A program made the position numbers and the translations under genes. Below the pieces are notes generated by a model that was not told the DNA's origin, searched no databases, and was given only the letters and a program-made list of their open reading frames with translations. Shown here one piece after another: positions 1-11,071 of a DNA stretch of 64,000 nucleotides. The stretch is from assembly GCF_009914755.1 (NCBI RefSeq), contig NC_060930.1; one strand, written 5' to 3'. Numbering within the stretch: the stretch's first letter is position 1; each line of letters starts with the position of its first letter. This DNA is from the human T2T-CHM13v2.0 reference genome, Homo sapiens.

Positions 1-496
1 GTGAGGCTTTAAAGACAAATCCTTTTTTGTCACTTCCCTCTCATAAACCCCTTTGTTTAAGTCAATCAAATTATCTGTCATCTTCTGTCTGCCAAAGCTG
101 TCGGAGCAGATCAAGGTGGTAATTGGCATCAAAATTCTTCATAAAATGTGGTCACTCTTCATTTTTTCTTTTCTCTGATATTTGTTATTCTTCAATTAAA
201 TTAGTCATGTATTTTTTTGTTTGGAAAACCTTTTCTACCCATTATTTCAAATTTATAGAAAACTAATTCATTTTTTAAAATATGTTGAGCACATTCATTT
301 TTGCAAGGCTTTGGGGGTTACAAGGAACATGGGTTTATTGGTTATTGGTTAGTTTATGGATACAATTCATGATAAATTTCTTTAAAAATCAAAAAATAGA
401 AAAACTGAGATAGCACATGGCTATATATGATTGATCACCCCAAAAATAAGCAGCATGAATTTATAAAAGCAAGACCAGTATGCGTGAGAGTTCTTA

Positions 497-658
<162 letters not shown>

Positions 659-1049
659 TTATTGAGGAACACATAGGATGCTTCCAATAGGAGCCTAACT
701 TGGAGAGGAAAGTACCAGGTCTACTCAGGGGGATTGTGGACAGATGATTTTGACTAATGCAAAACATTTGCAAGCAAGGTTGCTCATGTAAACTGTTCAA
801 TGCCCTGAATGCTGGAGAATTTGGGCCTTTGTGATAGGCAGTGGTTCGAATTATTTTTTTAGTTGACATAGTTTTAATGATTTGGAAATACACATTTGTT
901 TCAGCTCTCTGGTGATTACTTTGTTGTAGTTTTTTTTTAAAAGTATATAGATCTAAAAATACTAAATAAACATGATTTTCTTACTTTCTAACATGTGGTC
1001 TGATGAATTCAAAAGATACTTCCACTTAAAGGCATCATAAGACTGGAGA

Positions 1050-1240
1050 AGGTATAATGTAATGGTTAAACATGAGGACTTTGAATCAGGTATTCTGGGT
1101 TGGAAGCCAGGTTTGCAATGTGAACTTTTGTGGCTTTGGATAAGCTGCCTACCCTGCCTGAGCCTCAGGGATAATGCACTGCCAATACCACACATTTGTT
1201 AGGAAGCGTAAATGATTGGATAATGAAGATCTAGTGTCTA
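1050..1240 (+). mobile_element. MIR SINE fragment
   Basis: Degenerate MIR core (gtaatggttaa...gactttgaatcag...ctgggtt...ctgagcctcag). Confidence 0.6.
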
Positions 1241-1328
1241 AGTCTAGAAAAGTTGAACAATGTATAAATTACATTAAACGTGACCTGTTTGTATCCTTTT
1301 AACATAGCTGTTAAACATAGTTGATGAT

Positions 1329-1640
<312 letters not shown>

Positions 1641-2029
1641 CATAGTTGATGACATATCTATATCTTAATATGCATAAATTAAAATATATATATTTATACA
1701 TACCCATAATTGGTCATCCTTAATTGCAAGCCTCCAGAAGTTCAGAAAACTGTGTTTATAGTTGCTTCACCCCACTTAGTGTGAGTATTTTTCTGTTTGT
1801 TACGGACTGGATTATGGGCGTATCCCCCAGACTCTGCTGGGTGTTATAGAATCTGTGGTGTATTATCTTTCTATAAATCTGAAAAACTCTGAAATTCTCA
1901 AGGCACTTCCCCGATACCACAGGTTTTAGCTATTAGCAGGAGTGTGTTCTATTTTTGAGCTTTTACATTTCAAAAGTAAAGACATTCTTTGTTGTGCTTT
2001 AATAATCTTTCCATAATATTTTCCATACA

Positions 2030-2420
2030 AATACAAGGGAAATATTCATCTGCCCTATGACCCAGCAACTCTACTCATAGGTATTTATCCAAGATAAATG
2101 AAAACTTATATTTGCAAGGAAGCCTTATATGAGAATTTTCAGAGTGGCTCTGTTCACATATCCAAAAAGTGGAAACAATCAAATGTCTGTAGCAGAAGAA
2201 TAGATAAATAACATACTACTCAGCCATTAAAACAGATGAACTACAGCGACATGCAGCAATATGGATGAGTCTGACAGCTGTCATACTGAGGGAAAGAAAT
2301 TGAACACAAAATATTATATATGCCTTCATTATCCGAAAATCTAGTCTAGGCAAGTTAAATCAGATGGATGGTTAGGGCTTGAGGTACAAGGAGACTTTCT
2401 GGGTTTGTGGAAATGTCCTG
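2030..2420 (+). mobile_element. Old L1 (L1M) 3' fragment
   Basis: Resembles the L1 ORF2 end (ccctatgacccagcaactctactc...ggtatttatccaag). Confidence 0.7.
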
Positions 2421-2424
2421 TGTC

Positions 2425-2930
2425 TTCAATGGAGTACTATTTAGCCATAAAAAAGAATAAGATCCTGTCATTTGCAACAACATGGATGAAACTGGAGGTC
2501 ATTATGTTAAGTGAAATAAGTCAGGCACAGAAAGAATCTTCACATGTTCTCACTTTTTTGTGGGAGCTAAAAAAATTAAGTCAATTGAACTTATGGAGAT
2601 AGAGTGTGGAGCGATGGTTCCAGAGGCTGGGAAGAGTGGTTGGGAGGGCACAGTGGGAATGGTTGACGGGTACGATAATATAGTTAGAATGAGTAAGATC
2701 TAGTGTTCAATAGCACAACAGGGTGACTACAGTCAACAATAATTTATCGTACATTTAAGAATAATTGGATTGTTTATAATACAAAGAAAGGATAAATGCT
2801 TGAGTTGATGGGTACTCCATTTACCCTGATGTGATTAATATGCATTATATGCCTGTATCAAAATATCACATGTACTTTATATATACATACACCTACTGTG
2901 TGCCCACAAAAACTTAAAAAAAAAAAAAGA
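2425..2930 (+). mobile_element. L1MA/L1PB-type 3' end with poly(A)
   Basis: gccataaaaaagaataagatcctgtcatttgcaacaacatggatgaaactggagg...; A tail at 2916-2930. Confidence 0.85.
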
Positions 2931-3484
2931 AATATCGTGACTGGATATTGCACTTAAGATCTTGGGAGTCCACTGCATGTGAATTTTGCTTCCATTTTTT
3001 AAATGATTCTTGAATATAGGGCAAATACTTAGGAAACCAGAAGCTATGAGATTGCGGATAATCACTTGAGTTCAGTATTACAAAATATGATTTTAATGAC
3101 CCATTTTACAAATGTAAAAGTTAGTGTTCTGTCTCTGTAGAGTTGCTCATTCCCGATCAAGGTTCTGCAGGATACTTTGTGAACTATCTGGAGTTGACAT
3201 GTACAACTTCAGGATGCCCTGTTTGATCAGTTGTAATTTTTGAGAAAAAAAGAGGTCAGAAAAACTGGTCTGAAGACTGGCTCATAGAAGCTCTAGAGCC
3301 TCTAGACTGTAGAAGAAACTTAGTTTTCTCATCTGAACTTATATTTGAAAAAGAGGTGATATATACCTTCAACAGTGTTTAGGCAGGTACGTACTACCAA
3401 ATCTCATTGTCAAAACCAGGACAGTAACATTGAAATAACCACTTCGATGTGAAAGTAATTCTATAATTAACCCTGTTGTCTCTT

Positions 3485-3795
3485 CTTTTTTTTTCTTTTT
3501 CTTTTTTTTTTTTTTTGAGACAGTCTCGCCCTGTTGCCTAGGCTGGAGTGCAACGGCGCGATGTCGACTCACTGCAACCTCCGCCTTCCAAGTTCAAGCG
3601 ATTCTCTTTCCTCAGCCTCCTAAGTAGCTGGGATTACAGGCACCTGCCACCACGCCCAGCTAATTTTTGTATTTTTAGTAGAGACAGAGTTTCACCATGT
3701 TGGCCAGGCTGGTCTCGAACTCCTAATCTTCATGATCTGCCCACCTCAGCCTCCCAAAGTGTTGGGATTACAGGCGTGAGCCACCACACCCGGCC
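3485..3795 (-). mobile_element. AluS
   Basis: Reverse Alu; TSD AACCCTGTTGTCTCTT at 3469-3484 and 3800-3815. Confidence 0.95.
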
Positions 3796-5334
3796 AGTGA
3801 ACCCTGTTGTCTCTTAAGACACACAAGATCATGCCCTGTGAATACAGAGTGGAGGGGAGTGGTCAGGACATGAGGGTGAAGCCCATCCTGGACTGAGACC
3901 ACCTAGAATCAAATTCCAGCTCTGCCAACTAAATCCTGTGCATTTCTGGGAGGCATTAGTGTACCCTGCCAAAATGTGGCTGTGATCTGGTGTAACATAC
4001 CATCACCTCCAGCAACACCATATGGCAGACTACACCAGGATCTCCTCCTATGCCACTCTTATTTTTATTCTCTTAGGGTGATCTCTCCTGTTTTCATTAT
4101 CCTGCACCCTGCACATTACACAAGTGTGCACACACAGTGGTAATCACACACATTTCTTCCATCTTTTTTCTCTGTGGTTTTCTCCCTTGTTTGACACTCC
4201 ATTGCCAAATAATGAATAGCTATTTTGCTATCCAAAAGGAGCAGTTCAGTGCCAACATGTTTTCAAGCACCTGCCCTTCTGCAGGAAACTCGTCTTTCGT
4301 CTTTATTTCCTCTTTGTTGGAAGTAAATTTGCCCTCTTATTTGCTGACATTTTCAAACTTGTACCACTTCTTTCTCGCTATGGTAGATGACTGGAGGTAA
4401 ACCTACTGCTCTTCTTTTTCTTTTTTTATGTAGAGTATAATTTATAATACTTTTGGTATTCCATTTTTATATATAAATTTAAATTTGAAACTTTTGATAA
4501 GTTTTAATTTTCAAATGACTAGTTTTTAGCAAATAAGTTGAAGAAGTTTTATTATAATGGATTTGATTCTTCTTTTCCAATAGTAGCTTACTTATTTCGT
4601 TTTTAACAAATAATTTCTGTGTCTTTCTAAGATCATACTTACTTTTTGTTCATCTTTGTACAAGTTGATAGGAGTCAAATTCTACAGGCATGCCAGTATC
4701 CACTCCCTGTAATCTTCTGCAAAGTAGGTTTTTAAAAAGTTGGCAGTAGCACATCAAAACATTGTCTTTATGTTTCACTCATATTTTTCTTTAATTCTTG
4801 TGATTTACTAAAAGCTCACTGAACAGTTCTGTTTACTATATATTATAGTATACCATTCACCATTGTAATGCCAAAAACAGAATTTTGTGTGTCATTACAG
4901 CTATAATAGAAAGGAGCACTGAGAAGCCTGTGTCCTGGTCGTCCTTCCCCTTTTATGAATCAGAGAGGAACAAGACTATGTCAGAAAATTGTTGCATTGT
5001 GTTACTTTCATTGTAAATATCACAAAGTCATGTAAAGTTACTGGGATTCGATGATACATAAAAGTGGGGGGCAGTTAGTTCTATCTCTACACAGACTTTG
5101 ATAGATGGACCCTCATCTACTGCTTGCTTTGACTGTGGCTAAAGTTTATGTTGGACTGAGACATTTGGGATTTGGAAATAAAGTTAAAGACTTCTCATAC
5201 CAGTCACTTATAAGTTCTAGTAAGTAACTTGGGGGTGGCCGTGGGAACATGGGGTTAGGCAGTGGTAACAAAGAAATAAGCCCTATTCTCATGGAGCTTA
5301 CTTTGGGAGTGGTGATACTCAACAGACTGTAATT

Positions 5335-5539
5335 TGAAGTAGAAGCAATTAACTTTGTCGATAGGTTCTTGGAGATACAACTTTAAACAAAATGAGTATA
5401 TTGCAGCCTCTTTTTTCATCAATGTTATAATGAAACCATGTTGAAAGCAGTGGCATTATTTGAGGACCTGCTGTCTGTCGTTTCACTTAAAGTTAGTTTT
5501 AAAGAATGTATTGACCACATTAAGTGAGGATCTACTGTA
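5335..5539. mobile_element. TcMar-Tigger MITE (MER82-like), apparently inside L2 remnants
   Basis: gtcgataggttcttggag at the left end and cattaagtgaggatctactgta at the right end (TIR-like, followed by TA). Confidence 0.6.
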
Positions 5540-6050
5540 ATCTAGGGATGGCCCCTGGAGAAGGAAGGTAGCATTTAGGTTGAAGTTTGTGGGGATGGGG
5601 ATAGGTAGGATTTGGAAAGAGAGAGGGGCAGAGAGTGCGCAGGGGAGCACTTAGGATGGAGGAAGTGGGAATATGCACAGAGATGAATGGTGGAGAGCAA
5701 TCTGGTTTGACTTAAGATGTTACTTACATACGTGTGTAAAGTAGTAGGTTAATGGGCTTAACTTGAGAGGATATTTTGGGACCAGATTATAGGCAACTAA
5801 AGTTTTTTATATTTTTAGATAGTAAGAAACCATGAAAGTGTTTTGAGACAGAATGTTGAGAAACATGATGAAAATTGTGATTTGGGCAATTAATCTGGCC
5901 TTTGTGTAGAGATTGATTGGAGAACAGACACCATTAGCAACATGTTTTAGTAGTTTGGGTGCTATGCCAAAAACAACTGGAACAGTAAATGGAAAGAGTG
6001 GGACCAATTCAAGGTAAATGGGGTGGCCAAACATTTTGATGATTAGAGAC
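5540..6050 (-). mobile_element. L2 remnant (also ~5200-5330)
   Basis: Purine-rich degenerate L2-like text, e.g. ccctattctcatggagcttac. Confidence 0.45.
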
Positions 6051-6424
6051 TATCCTGATTTAGGTTTGAAGCATGGTTATTATTAGTGCCCATTTTTGCT
6101 TTTAAAAGTTTTCTGCTTTGGACAATAAATCATATGGTGACCCTAAAGATAGATTGCTGTAGCATTGATAGCACTTGCTAATTAGATTGAAAGGAGACAG
6201 GGATGGTGGTGTAAGAGAGCAGAATATACGGTTTTTTAGAAGTTATTATTTCACTGAGTTTTCATATTTTGAAGAATTAAGCATAAAATTTCCTTACCTA
6301 AATTCTGTAATCAAATCTTGTATGTTTAAAATTATTTGTGTGCACATGTGCACGCGCGTGTGTGTATGTGTGTGTTTAACGAACACATTTGAGTTTTGGA
6401 ATATTCAGCAAAATGATAGTTGCT

Positions 6425-6735
6425 GGCTGGGTGCAGTGGCTCACACTTGTAAACTTAGCACTTTGGGAGGCTGAAGCAGGAGGATCACTTGAAGCCAGGA
6501 GTTTGAGACCAGCCTGGGCTACAAAACGAGACCTTGTCTCTACAAAAAATAAAAAAAATTAGCCAGGCATGGTGGCGCGTGCCTCTAGTCGCAGCTACTT
6601 CGGAGGCTGAGGTAGGAGGATGGCTCGAACCTAGGAATTCAAGGTGGCTGTGAGCTAGGATCATGCCACAGCACTCCAGCCTGGGTAACAGAGCAAGACC
6701 CTGTATCTAAAAACAATAAAATTAATTAAAGTAAT
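6425..6735 (+). mobile_element. AluJ
   Basis: AluJ-type features (gcaggaggatcacttgaagccaggag); degenerate TSD aaaatgatag(t/a)tgct. Confidence 0.92.
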
Positions 6736-7081
6736 TTTAAAATGATAGATGCTGAAGAGAATATGTTATGTTTAGTCTTATCTCACATTTTCATTCATTT
6801 CTATTTAAAAGTAAAGCTTTTTAGGGGAACTTTAATAAATCGGTGTAACTGACAAAAAATTTACAAATACAATATGCTGTATATCAACATGCCTTTACTG
6901 AGAAAACAGAGAAAGCAGGCTCCATTATGTTAGCACCTTTTGGTTCTTGATCTTTTTTTCCCCTTATTAAAACAGGTGACTGTAGTCACATGATACTTAC
7001 TTTAAGGCTTGTGTGTAGATATAGCTATTATATTTGTGGACAGTCTCAAATGCTTTCATCTCATGTGTTTTCCATGTATAG

Positions 7082-7169
7082 GCAGAAGGAGAAGACAGCC
7101 TGAAGAAGATGCAGCTGATGGAGCTTGCGATTCTGAATGGCACCTACAGAGATGCCAACATTAAATCAC
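7082..7169 (+). CDS. QKI: QKI exon 5 (88 nt), QUA2 region [29 protein letters not shown](P)
   Basis: Acceptor tttccatgtatag|GCAGAA and donor TCAC|gtaaga. Translation is the STAR-domain QUA2 motif. Confidence 0.98.
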
Positions 7170-8519
7170 GTAAGAATGAGCTCTGAGGCCCAGGGTTACT
7201 GCTGTCTGCGTTGTTTTGTCTACAGACTTTTTTCCTTTTGGCAACACAATAATAGTTCATACAAAGTGAACAGTTGAAATAACTGTTCTGTCACTTGATA
7301 TGGGGCTGACAGTCCTATTTTTAATGCTTTCATGAATTGAGGACACTCTTGATTTTATTTTATGTCAGCATGTTGAAGTTTTAGGTTGATAAACTTACAT
7401 TATTTTAACAAAATCACAATCTCTAAATTCAAGTGTTTAAGAAATTTTCTGTTTGGTTAACTACAGATGTAGGGCTTGCAGCTTATCTTGTTAAATTTAT
7501 GCAAAAGACAACATATTGAAAGCTTATTTTGAAAAAGTGAATTTGAAGTGTATCTGACTGAAATGACCCTCTGTTGAGTTCTGTCCTTTCACTTTGCTTG
7601 CATGTTTTCCCTCTAGTATTTTTCCCTGTTGATTTCATATGTGAGTTCACAGAGATCAGTGGGTGATAACTCTTTTTCCGTCCTATTTTTGTTTTTATGC
7701 GTATCTATGCATGTTTTTATAAGCCGTAAGAGGATAGCTTTTTTATGTTTAAAATGAAATAATGTGAAATTTATATTTTGAAACAATTTAAGATTCATAC
7801 ATGTCATTTATATGAACATACCATGTTTAAATTACTGATTATTTAAAACACATAGAATTTTTAAGTTCTAGCCAGATTTAGAAGATGTAGGCAACCTCTA
7901 GTGGGTTTAGAAGTAGTTACTTTACAAATTGTTGACATTAATTTACTCATGAAAATGTGAGTATATCATTAATAGGAATTTAGAAGTAGGGCTTTTTAAG
8001 ATTTTCTGTGACGTTGGTTCCTAAAGATGCAGGAAATGTACATATATACCTAGTGGTTACTTGACTAAATGCAATAAAAATTATTCTTTCTTTACTTTGA
8101 AACTAAAGCTGTACTTTAGAAATATACCAAAACTGAGTTTCTGTGGACTCCGGTTACAAATTATTTTTTAACATCTGTTAATGCAAGTGTTTCATTGTGC
8201 TTCTGCATGTACTTTAGTCTTATGAAATCTTAGATATATCAAATGTATGAACTAAATATAACCTATTTAATGGTGTCATTCATTTTTTTACAATGGCTTT
8301 TTAATTTTTGCACATTCTTAATCACATTGGGAAAGGGAAAGCTGTTTGCATTTGATTGGTGTGCTTTTGCATTTTTGTGTGATCAGCGCATGTACTAATG
8401 ATTTCCTTTTATTTTTCTTCTTTCCTGCTTTTCCTTTCTTTTTCCTACTCCCTTCTCATTTTTCCGTATTTTATACTGCTGTCTCTATACTTCTTTCTAA
8501 ATTTCTTTGCTTACTGTAG

Positions 8520-8819
8520 CAGCCCTTGCCTTTTCTCTTGCAGCAACAGCCCAGGCTGCTCCAAGGATCATTACTGGGCCTGCGCCGGTTCTCCCACCAG
8601 CTGCCCTGCGTACTCCTACGCCAGCTGGCCCTACCATAATGCCTTTGATCAGACAAATACAGACCGCTGTCATGCCAAACGGAACTCCTCACCCAACTGC
8701 TGCAATAGTTCCTCCAGGGCCCGAAGCTGGTTTAATCTATACACCCTATGAGTACCCCTACACATTGGCACCAGCTACATCAATCCTTGAGTATCCTATT
8801 GAACCTAGTGGTGTATTAG
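8520..8819 (+). CDS. QKI: QKI exon 6 (300 nt), Pro-rich region and Tyr cluster, PALAFSLAA...YTPYEYPY...EPSGVL
   Basis: Long pyrimidine tract then tag|CAG; donor TTAG|gtaagt. Lies within ORF 8507-8845 and is phase-compatible with exon 5. Confidence 0.98.
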
Positions 8820-8845
8820 GTAAGTTCTTCTCCCCATGGGGTTAA
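8820..8845 (+). CDS. QKI: QKI-7B C-terminus (GKFFSPWG*) by read-through of the exon 6 donor
   Basis: The open frame continues into the intron to TAA at 8843-8845 and matches the QKI-7B tail as I recall it. Confidence 0.85.
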
Positions 8846-9316
8846 CAACATTCTCTTTATAAATATTTTTGCTCCCTCAGATTTTGAAATGATTTTATCA
8901 GTTTTAGAGAGGCAAGACAAGTTTGCATTAGGGAAGACCGAAAACTAAATTTTGTTTTATTTCAGCCTCTCATAAGGGTTCCCCTTTGAAATAATTGCAC
9001 CTTAAATTTATTCAGATCCACTTTGGTAACTGAGGTTCAGTTTGGTTGGGTAAATCTGTTGTGTACATTTCAACAAATACTTTTACATTTGACATTACTG
9101 AGGTCATTCTGAGTTTTAGGTCCCACCCCATTGGCCCGTCACCTCCATCAGCTCCACTTCTCAAACTTTATTTGAGATTTATTTTATCTCACAGGTTTGT
9201 GTAATTGTTGGAAAATTTTTAAACTTCTAAGTGAAAGTAGTCTGAGCGCTTTATAAAATTCATATTATTGTGTGTGTTTTGTAATATTTGCGATCACTTA
9301 AAATATCAGATAAATA

Positions 9317-9532
9317 CAGTCATGCATCGCTTAACAACGGGGATACAGTCTAAGAATTGCCTTGTCTGGCAGTTTCATCATTTGGTGTACATCATAGAGT
9401 GTACTTACACAGACATAGATGATATCGTTTACTACACACCTAGGCTGTGTGGTATAGCCATTATAATCTTATGGGACCACATAGTATAAGTGGTCCGTTG
9501 TTGACCAAAATGTTGTTATGCAGGCATGACTG
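9317..9532. mobile_element. Tigger3/MER7-type MITE between exon 6 and the QKI-7 acceptor
   Basis: TA|CAGTCATGCATCGCTTAACAAC ... GTTGTTATGCAGGCATGACTG|TA: terminal inverted repeats with a TA duplication. Confidence 0.88.
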
Positions 9533-9766
9533 TAGTTGTATTCTTAAGATTTTTCAGTTCTTGTGTTTTGGAGTCCTAGTCATATTAAACATGAGAGATA
9601 CTCTTAATTTCAGTAGTACAGTATGGAATAGTTAAATAAATAGCAAATCACTGAATTCAGAATCTCACTTAAGGCAGAAATTAAAATCATAATATAAACG
9701 CTTGGTTTTACATGAACAAAAAGTGGTGTGCTCGAAAAAGACATTACTGATGCCTTTTTTTTATAG

Positions 9767-9810
9767 AGTGGATTGAAATGCCAGTCATGCCTGATATTTC
9801 AGCCCATTGA
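9767..9810 (+). CDS. QKI: QKI-7 terminal exon coding part (EWIEMPVMPDISAH*)
   Basis: Acceptor tttttttatag|AGTGG. Gives a 325-aa protein with the known QKI-7 tail. Confidence 0.97.
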
Positions 9811-11045
9811 CTTGCTGGATGAAGGACTAGAATACAGCAGCTGTTATAACACGACCAGTCAATGTGGAACAAACTGTTTCTGTGCAACCCCTTTGTTTTA
9901 CCAGACAAAATTTGAATACTTTTTTTCCTGAATTGTATATGACCTTGGTGCTGCATGCATGCTGTTGACTTTTAGGACTTTGATCTTTTAAGGTTTTTTT
10001 TCCCCAGCATTAATATTGATTTATAAAGATTTGAAAATCTTTAATGAACTGGAGAACACTAAGATTTAAACTCGAAAATTCGTTGTTCAAGTAAAGAAAG
10101 CCATGATGCTCTGTATGTTATCTGTGTGTGTGCATGCACTCAGGTGCCCTTTGTTTCATGAACAAATACATTTCATTGTACATGTTTTCTGTTTAAATCA
10201 TTGTATAAAGTAATTGCAGGTCAGAATTATACCACAGAACTGTTTATGAGAGGCTTGTGTCTGTTGCACATTTCTTGAAGCATTTTTAAAATAACATGTA
10301 ACCTGTAACCTTGTTGTTTAAGTTTTCTTTTCTATTAATACTCTGTCCTGTGGTCCCGTGCATGCTCCTTTTCCCAGAACTCCTCTCTGCTGCACCCACA
10401 GCATCTGTTCCCGAGGAGTTATGACTCTTGACTTCCTGCAGGGCTGGGGCTCTTAGCCACCAGCTGCTGTTCCAGCACTTTCAGCGCAAGATCTCCCTGA
10501 TTTTGCCACGTGGAATTGTACTTGTATATGATTACCTTATCTAAAATGAGTAAGAGGTGATGGACCAGTTTACTGCTTAGAAATAGCAAGAGGCACTGCA
10601 GTAAAACTTGTTTCTCATTGTAAAGCTTCATGTCTTTTGTTTGTTGGAAAATTTTTACTTATAGAAACTTAATTATTAGACTGGTAAAATAAAGACCAAA
10701 ATATGCAGATTTCTAATTGGCATTCATAAGGTGAATAATAATAAGTGCCCAATGAAAAAATCTATTATGGTTAATTTCATTTCTTGCTTTGCCACCTAAG
10801 CAGTAAAACATGATATTGACCACTTGGAGAACTCAGAAAATTATTTTAAATTTCTAAGTTATAATAAATTTGCACACAGATAACATGCATGCTATTTATG
10901 TCACATCTCACATTAAATTATTTTAAAATAAGCAGTGCCCTTCAAAACAGATGCAGACATGTGTGTTGGTAGTAGTGAGGAGATTGGTATTAGCATCAAG
11001 TCTTCATTGATGACTAATTTTTAATTCCCTTCCTTTTATCTTTAG

Positions 11046-11071
11046 GTATGGCTTTCCCAACGAAAGGCTAA
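11046..11071 (+). CDS. QKI: QKI-6 terminal exon coding part (GMAFPTKG*)
   Basis: Acceptor ccttttatctttag|GTATGG. Gives a 319-aa protein with the known QKI-6 tail. Confidence 0.97.

Noticed and set aside
8398-8751. Overlapping ORFs 8398-8751 (+) and 8471-8692 (-)
   Set aside because: By-products of the pyrimidine tract and QKI exon 6; no independent support.
9765-9768. AGAG tandem acceptor at the QKI-7 exon
   Set aside because: The distal AG lacks a preceding pyrimidine and would give only VD*; likely noise.
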